From IMG/VR virus record IMGVR_UViG_645058767_000002: a stretch of DNA of 25,588 bases. One strand, written 5' to 3'. Below, one piece after another: positions 20,972 to 25,588 of the stretch. This DNA is from a virus. Taxonomy: Duplodnaviria > Heunggongvirae > Uroviricota > Caudoviricetes. Under the pieces are notes generated by a model that did no database searches, was not told the DNA's origin, and worked only from the letters and a program-made list of their open reading frames with translations. Within the stretch, counting starts at the first letter, position 1, and each line of letters begins with the position of its first letter. A program made the position numbers and the translations under genes.

Positions 20972-21285
20972 TTTGCCCCTTCACCAGCCGCTTTTTCGTT
21001 CTCTTCATCAATCACTTCCATAGCGAAGGTGAAGATCTGCTGGAGCTGCGGAACAGTCAGTTTTTCCAGTACAGCGTCCGGCACGGATGGGATGACCTTG
21101 CGAACCAGGTCGGCGTAAGCAGTAACCTGCTCAACAGGCGACATATTCTGGAGGTCTTTGCCTTCCATCTGCTTGATAGAGACGAACAGGCCAACAGTCA
21201 TTTCAACGATGGGATATTCCTGACCGCCGAACTTGATGCTTTTCTTCGGAGGCAGAATGGAGTCGAGATCGAGTAATTTGGTCAT
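20968..21285 (-). CDS. Tail assembly chaperone (gpG-like, 105 aa)
   Basis: Small acidic protein between tail tube and tape measure; ends GGG GCA AAG TAA, a candidate slippery site. Confidence 0.82.
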   Translation of the reverse strand: MTKLLDLDSILPPKKSIKFGGQEYPIVEMTVGLFVSIKQMEGKDLQNMSPVEQVTAYADLVRKVIPSVPDAVLEKLTVPQLQQIFTFAMEVIDEENEKAAGEGAK

Positions 21286-21306
21286 TGGTTAAAGTCCTTT
21301 TAAAAG

Positions 21307-21327
21307 AGAGGCTCTTCCTGAGCCTCT
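21307..21327 (-). terminator. Intrinsic terminator after the tail tube gene
   Basis: AGAGGCTC-AGGAA-GAGCCTCT perfect 8-bp stem followed by CTTTT. Confidence 0.65.
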
Positions 21328-21344
21328 GCTTAATTACGTCGCGA

Positions 21345-22091
21345 TTATTGGGCAGAATTAACCGTTACTGCTTTGGTCGCTTTCTTGCCGCCGCTATTGC
21401 TGGTAAAGGAGATATTTGCCGAACCTTCAGCTACTCCGCGAACCAGACCAGTCTGGTCAACGGTTGCTTTCTCCTGATTGTCGGATTCCCACACACCGGT
21501 TTTGTCGCCGGCATCTGCTGGGGTGATCTGGGCAGTCAGTTGCACGGTCTCACCGGCTTTAACTTCCGGAGATTCCGGAGAGATAGAGACGGTTTTAACC
21601 GGCTTTGGGCCGCTCATTTTCCCCAGCACGCCGTCGTCATCCGGGTAAGCGGTGAACTGAACGGAGAACACGCGAACATCATCAGACTGGTAGGTCATGG
21701 TGAAGTTACCTGCGGTTGCAGCTTTCGGGATGGTCAGGACATAGTCGGTGGTATCTTGCGGGGTCAGAACCAGCTCTTTGGCTACGTCGATCAGGTTGAC
21801 GCCCTGTGCGGAAGTGATGGTCACAGAGTTCTCTTCTTCGCTCAGGGTAGAACCCGGCATCAGATCGACCATATTCTGCAACACAGACTCGGCCAGCGGC
21901 GCAGTGATAGTGATGTTACGACCCTGTACCAGCTCGGAGATGGTGGTCTGCCCCAGCTGGTCTACGGTGACTTTCAGAGTTTCGGTCGCAACTTCAACCT
22001 GAACACCGCCTTTGGTGTAACCCAGATCAACGCCACCAAACGACACTTTGCAGGCGCCAAGTTTGATGTTTTTTACATGGGTATTGGACAT
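21345..22091 (-). CDS. Major tail (tube) protein with C-terminal Ig-like (Big_2) domain
   Basis: 'IKLGACKVSFGGVDLGYTKGGVQVEV' tube-protein N-terminus; C-terminal 'VKTVSISPESPEVKAGETVQLTAQITPADA..KTGVWESDNQEKATVDQTGLVRGVAEGSANI'; strong SD AAGGAG. Confidence 0.88.
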   Translation of the reverse strand: MSNTHVKNIKLGACKVSFGGVDLGYTKGGVQVEVATETLKVTVDQLGQTTISELVQGRNITITAPLAESVLQNMVDLMPGSTLSEEENSVTITSAQGVNLIDVAKELVLTPQDTTDYVLTIPKAATAGNFTMTYQSDDVRVFSVQFTAYPDDDGVLGKMSGPKPVKTVSISPESPEVKAGETVQLTAQITPADAGDKTGVWESDNQEKATVDQTGLVRGVAEGSANISFTSNSGGKKATKAVTVNSAQ

Positions 22092-22117
22092 TTTTGGAAA
22101 ACTCCTTTTTCCGTTAA

Positions 22118-22140
22118 ATCAGCACCTTCATGGTGTTAAT
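22118..22140 (-). terminator. Weak imperfect stem-loop upstream of the tail tube gene
   Basis: ATTAACACC-ATGAA-GGTGCTGAT with one A-C mismatch and one G-U pair; only TT follows. Confidence 0.3.
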
Positions 22141-22142
22141 GA

Positions 22143-22160
22143 TAAGTATATACTTACCTA
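22143..22160 (+). promoter_or_regulatory. 18-bp intergenic motif, copy 5 (TAAGTATATACTTACCTA)
   Basis: Contains the perfect 14-bp palindrome TAAGTATATACTTA; starts 5 bp after the upstream stop. Confidence 0.68.
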
Positions 22161-22165
22161 TTTTA

Positions 22166-22549
22166 TTAATTCAACAAATAGCCCGCAAATTCAATCGGGA
22201 TACCCGCTTCAATCAACGAACCTTCATTTTTGGGATAAGTAATCGGCATCGACATTGGTCGAACCAACCGGAAGTAAACGCCATCTGACACGGTTTCTTC
22301 GACCGGGAACATGTCCATGATCTTATTGGCTTTCGCCACCGTCTTTGTAATCGTCGCATTACGCACGATGACGGTGAAAGAGTCGTGATAGAAGCCTTTT
22401 AACTCATGGTCAATGGTGATCCCCGTATTGGGAGTAACCAACAGAACACCGGACTTCACATTGGCTGGCATGTAGTGACAGAAAATGTCAGTGCCGACTG
22501 TACCGATCTTCGCCTTCTGCATCAGGCTCGCAAATGCTTCAATAAACAC
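22166..22549 (-). CDS. Probable tail terminator / tail completion protein
   Basis: 127 aa, 'IGTVGTDIFCHYMP...FTVIVRN' resembles the 'minor capsid'-annotated tail terminator family; directly upstream of the tube gene; GTG start 1 nt after the previous stop. Confidence 0.7.
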   Translation of the reverse strand: MFIEAFASLMQKAKIGTVGTDIFCHYMPANVKSGVLLVTPNTGITIDHELKGFYHDSFTVIVRNATITKTVAKANKIMDMFPVEETVSDGVYFRLVRPMSMPITYPKNEGSLIEAGIPIEFAGYLLN

Positions 22550-22550
22550 A

Positions 22551-23024
22551 TCAACCTCTCGTAAAACCTGCTTTCCTTGCCGCTTCTGCTATCGTCTGAG
22601 TGAACTGTTTCTCACTGATCTGCACGGCTCTCTCAAGGAACAAAGGCCCAACTCGTGGCTTCACTCCAGCAACTGGCGGGTTGGTGACGCTCTTCATGCG
22701 GGATAGATAGCCGAGACGATACTTGCCCAACTCCATGTACTCCGCATAATCGCCAACCTCAACGCCCGGATGACCTTCGCGTGGTTTGGCTCCAGATACC
22801 GATAACTCAATACGCAGCCCGGTATAGCCTTCTTTGACAACTCTCGCGAAGATCGCGCTTTCGAGTGAGCCAGTCTCCAGCGGGGCCATTGCCCGCGCCA
22901 GACGCTCAACCAGACGCGCCAGCTTCTCCATGTCACGGATGAGATAACGCTTAAAGGCTTTCTGGCTGTTATTGAGCCTGTCGCCAGCACGCTTAAAATG
23001 ATGCGCGTCGTACTTCAGACCCAT
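22551..23024 (-). CDS. HK97 gp10-like neck / tail completion protein
   Basis: 'ARAMAPLETGSLESAI...YAEYMELG...PLFLERAV' matches the HK97 gp10-like pattern (APvdTG.L..SI; YA.y.E.G; pFl.pA). Confidence 0.78.
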   Translation of the reverse strand: MGLKYDAHHFKRAGDRLNNSQKAFKRYLIRDMEKLARLVERLARAMAPLETGSLESAIFARVVKEGYTGLRIELSVSGAKPREGHPGVEVGDYAEYMELGKYRLGYLSRMKSVTNPPVAGVKPRVGPLFLERAVQISEKQFTQTIAEAARKAGFTRG

Positions 23025-23359
23025 ATGTTTGCCCCTACTTCCAGATGCCCAGGGCGCCCACGCAGTCCCCAGCGACGATGCACGCTGGATACCTTCAGCT
23101 TTTGCCCCTCCAGAATGAGAACGTCATCAAGCTGTACTGCGGCCTCAAGTGGGATCACCAGAACAGCATCGAACAATTCCAGATTCGCTTTACCGCGACT
23201 GCCGGAGCTGTCAGCACGTACCGATGACTTCTCGTTACTTTGCTCAAACTTAACGACGCCGACGTTCGTCTTTCTGACGAACTGCAATTGCGCTTCACCG
23301 TAGACGTTCTTCGAACCCAGACGGTAAATCGCTATCTCTGCTTGCCATGAAATGTTCAT
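23015..23359 (-). CDS. Probable head closure / head-tail joining protein (114 aa)
   Basis: Beta-rich small protein, 'VQLDDVLILEGQKLKVSSV...HLEV'; position between adaptor and gp10-like gene. Start moved to ATG 23359 (SD GGGAG). Confidence 0.68.
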   Translation of the reverse strand: MNISWQAEIAIYRLGSKNVYGEAQLQFVRKTNVGVVKFEQSNEKSSVRADSSGSRGKANLELFDAVLVIPLEAAVQLDDVLILEGQKLKVSSVHRRWGLRGRPGHLEVGANIWV

Positions 23360-23456
23360 GCACTCTCCCTGTGGTTGGCAGCCGCACTCATTACCAGGCG
23401 AAGGCGCGATTGCTCGTCTTGAGCCTTTCGACCAGAAGTAAATAATGCGACTGGCG

Positions 23457-24290
23457 TTACGCACGGCGAACAATCATGCGGTTATTGATGTAACTGACCA
23501 GCAGTCGCCAGGTACTGCGAGCCACCTGCACGTTTGCCGCTTTGCCGGTACGGTACATATTGGTCGTTTCGCCAATGGACTCAGACAGAATGCCGTCCTC
23601 GCGGGCTGCCGCTACGTCATTACCGTTAGCGATTTCGCAGGCTTCATTAACCACGGCCAGCATTAATGCCTGTTTGAAGTAGTCCGGGAACTCGTCGAAT
23701 TTCTCCGGCGTCATCTGCTCCCAATCGATCAGATCGTGACGATATGCCCCGTCAGCGCCCCACGGAATGTCATAGACGTTCAGCATGTTTTGCGGGCGAT
23801 CGTACCGGTCGAAGTCGATACGCAGGACTTTGCGGATTGAGAACGGCAGCGTTTTGACGCGTCTGGTGGCCTCAATGAGACGTTTGCGCATCAGCCCTTC
23901 GCCATCAGCTAACAGGGTGTCGCCGTTCAGCATATCGATAGCTTGCATCTGGGCGTCTGCGACCGTTGCGAATGACTGGCCTGGAATTGACAGCTCGAAG
24001 CTATTCAGCAAAACGTACATCTTGCGCTCTTCATGCGTCAGCCCGGATGCCACCGCTTTGACAATGACGTGTCGCAGATCGCGCTCTTTATCTGAAAGCA
24101 GGTTGTGTTCGGCCGACACGACAACCGGAATGGACATCTGCCCCTCAGTAATATCGAGAGGTTCGTTATCGACGATGATCGCGCCAGCGCCATCTCTGAC
24201 GGTATACGTGGCCGACTCAATATCCAGAACGTTAAATGCAAACGACAGGGAAACAGCTTCCCCGCTACGGTACGTGTCGATCTGCGCCAT
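23457..24290 (-). CDS. Probable head-tail adaptor with N-terminal beta-sandwich extension
   Basis: C-terminal half 'SFATVADAQ...RLIEATRRV...FKQALMLAVVNEACEI...GILSESIGETTNMY' resembles adaptor families; the ATG overlaps the upstream stop (TAATG). Confidence 0.65.
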   Translation of the reverse strand: MAQIDTYRSGEAVSLSFAFNVLDIESATYTVRDGAGAIIVDNEPLDITEGQMSIPVVVSAEHNLLSDKERDLRHVIVKAVASGLTHEERKMYVLLNSFELSIPGQSFATVADAQMQAIDMLNGDTLLADGEGLMRKRLIEATRRVKTLPFSIRKVLRIDFDRYDRPQNMLNVYDIPWGADGAYRHDLIDWEQMTPEKFDEFPDYFKQALMLAVVNEACEIANGNDVAAAREDGILSESIGETTNMYRTGKAANVQVARSTWRLLVSYINNRMIVRRA

Positions 24291-24724
24291 TACTCACCGC
24301 CCTGTGCTTTCAGGATGCCTTCGATCATTTCAACGATGCCTTTGGCTTTCACGCCAATCTGGTTGCCGATCTGACGCAGACCCGCAATACCTTCACAGTC
24401 CGCAATCGACTCCAGTTCTTCACGAGTAAAGCGCTGTACCGGTTTGGCTTCCACTTCAGCTGTACCACGTTTCATTGGCACAATATCCGGGGCCGCCGTC
24501 TCGACAATGTCGTCCGCAGTCAAATCATTGCGGCTGCTGTACGCGGCAGAAGGAGATACATTTTTGCCTTCAACGGTAGTGGCACGCATGGAGGCACAAA
24601 TCCGCTGCTGATCGATGAATCGCAGTTCGGCAACCGAGATGCCGTCGACAAACTGGATACCGCAGAGAATGCCCGTGTACCCCAAAAATTGAGGCTCCAA
24701 TAAACGAATTTTTGCTGGTTTCAT
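24290..24724 (-). CDS. Hypothetical virion protein: shared N-terminal domain + C-terminal helix-extension-helix-like domain
   Basis: Start at ATG 24724 (MKPAKIRL). The first 48 aa align ungapped to the upstream gene product; C-terminal 'FTREELESIADCEGIAGLRQIGNQIGVKAKGIVEMIEGILKAQ' looks HeH/LEM/Rho-N-like. Confidence 0.65.
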   Translation of the reverse strand: MKPAKIRLLEPQFLGYTGILCGIQFVDGISVAELRFIDQQRICASMRATTVEGKNVSPSAAYSSRNDLTADDIVETAAPDIVPMKRGTAEVEAKPVQRFTREELESIADCEGIAGLRQIGNQIGVKAKGIVEMIEGILKAQGGE

Positions 24725-24739
24725 TCTTCTTCTCACTTA

Positions 24740-24760
24740 ATGGGCGGCTATGCCGCCCAT
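24740..24760 (-). terminator. Perfect 9-bp stem-loop after the Ig-domain gene (no U-tract)
   Basis: ATGGGCGGC-ATA-GCCGCCCAT; may act as a stabiliser or pause site rather than a terminator. Confidence 0.45.
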
Positions 24761-24767
24761 GTATTGG

Positions 24768-25430
24768 TTACGCAGCCGGTGCTGCAGTCACTTCCACAGT
24801 CGCAGTAGCTTTGTGGCTGCCATCCTGCGAAACCACTTCAATAGTTGCCGTACCAACGGCTACGCCAGCTACGTTACCGTTCTGGTCAACAGTCGCTTTG
24901 TCGCTATTTTTGGAAGTCCAGGTGACTTTTTTATTGGTTGCATTTGACGGTTGTACATCAACACGCAACTTGACCGATTTCCCCTTCTCAACGGAGGTAG
25001 AGTCAGGCGTTACGGTTACGGACTCCACGCTGACAGGCTTAACGATCACTTCGACTGAGGCAGAAAGCTGAGTCTGCTTATCGGTGGCGGTGATCTTCAC
25101 TTTGCCCGGAGTCACGCCAGTAACCAGACCCGTACCGCTGACTGTGGCGACCCGGTCATTGTCTGACGTCCAGGTGAATGAATCTGCACTTTTGCTCATG
25201 GTGATACCTGCACTAAGTTGAACGGTTTTGCCCACCAATACGGACGGCGCAGTCGGTGTAATGGTGACAGACTGAGTGAACGGAATTGCCCGGAAGCAAG
25301 CCGCAAGATGATTCTGCTGGCGCTCGCTCAGAGGCTCGTTGGAGATGGAATTGGTGAATCCGGCACGGCACATATGCCCCGTGAAATCCGAAAACGCCTC
25401 TTCCGTGATCTTCATCTTTTGTTCTGGCAT
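24768..25430 (-). CDS. Putative capsid decoration protein with two Ig-like (Big_2) domains
   Basis: 'VTITPTAPSVLVGKTVQLSA...FTWTSDNDRVATVSGTGLVTGVTPGKVKITAT' and 'VESVTVTPDSTSVEKGKSVKLRVDVQPSNATNKKVTWTSKNSDKATVDQNGNVAGVAVGTATI'; directly after the capsid gene; SD AGGAG. Confidence 0.85.
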   Translation of the reverse strand: MPEQKMKITEEAFSDFTGHMCRAGFTNSISNEPLSERQQNHLAACFRAIPFTQSVTITPTAPSVLVGKTVQLSAGITMSKSADSFTWTSDNDRVATVSGTGLVTGVTPGKVKITATDKQTQLSASVEVIVKPVSVESVTVTPDSTSVEKGKSVKLRVDVQPSNATNKKVTWTSKNSDKATVDQNGNVAGVAVGTATIEVVSQDGSHKATATVEVTAAPAA

Positions 25431-25446
25431 TTCTCGCTCCTACAAA

Positions 25447-25471
25447 AAGGGTGGGCGTATAGCCCACCCTT
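25447..25471 (-). terminator. Intrinsic terminator after the major capsid gene
   Basis: GGGTGGGC-TATAC-GCCCACCC followed by TTTTTGT on the - strand. Confidence 0.78.
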
Positions 25472-25477
25472 AAATGG

Positions 25478-25495
25478 TAGATAATTACTTACCTA
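25478..25495 (+). promoter_or_regulatory. 18-bp intergenic motif, copy 6 (TAGATAATTACTTACCTA)
   Basis: Starts 9 bp after the capsid stop and ends 6 nt before the terminator stem. Confidence 0.65.
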
Positions 25496-25504
25496 CGATA
25501 CTGA

Positions 25505-25588
25505 TCAAATTTTTACGTTGGTCAGCGCGGCGATAGCCTTATCGTGCTTGTTCGCCAGAGAGCAGTACCACTTAACGCGGGTACGGGT
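25505..25588 (-). CDS. Major capsid protein, C-terminal 27 aa (partial; missed by the ORF track)
   Basis: Translation TRTRVKWYCSLANKHDKAIAALTNVKI*; an 'R.RVKWY...A.A.L..' ending is typical of HK97-fold capsid proteins; followed by a strong terminator and head completion genes. Confidence 0.75.
   Translation of the reverse strand, partial: TRTRVKWYCSLANKHDKAIAALTNVKI

Noticed and set aside
23360-23473. 38-codon N-terminal extension of the head-closure ORF, or a +1 frameshift fusion with the adaptor
   Set aside because: There is a good SD before ATG 23359, no slippery sequence in the 17-nt overlap, and 38 open codons can occur by chance.
23785-24429. 214-aa + strand ORF
   Set aside because: Antisense to the adaptor and upstream gene; low-complexity Ser/Arg composition typical of shadow frames.

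Overview
The window has two parts. Left end (1-4272): the 5' part of an IS256-family element matching IS285 (transposase on the - strand, runs off the window), a low-GC Zn-ribbon + DUF4145/HEPN-like gene whose last codons are supplied by the IS end, a hypothetical gene cut by IS100, and a complete 1954-bp IS100 (istA/istB) with no target-site duplication. Remainder (4273-25588): about 21 kb of an uninterrupted - strand siphophage morphogenesis operon. In transcription order it encodes the major capsid C-terminus, two paralogous decoration-like proteins, head-tail adaptor, head closure, HK97 gp10-like protein, tail terminator, tail tube, G/GT chaperones joined by a -1 frameshift, tape measure, lambda-like M, L, K, I and J, a DUF4376 chaperone, an Stf-like side fibre, a 70-aa coupled ORF and Tfa. 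IS100 + IS285 + this gene set fits an SSU5/pHCM2-type phage-plasmid, most likely Yersinia pestis pMT1 (recognised from memory, not database-checked). The most interesting unexplained signal is an 18-bp intergenic motif, TA(A/G)(G/A)TA-NN-(T/C)AC(T/C)TAC(T/C)T(A/T). It occurs six times, always in the same orientation, and four copies sit directly in front of a stem-loop, suggesting a late-gene regulon. Several ORF-track starts were shortened where Shine-Dalgarno or overlap evidence supports a downstream start. GC values quoted are hand counts of a few 60-bp lines only.
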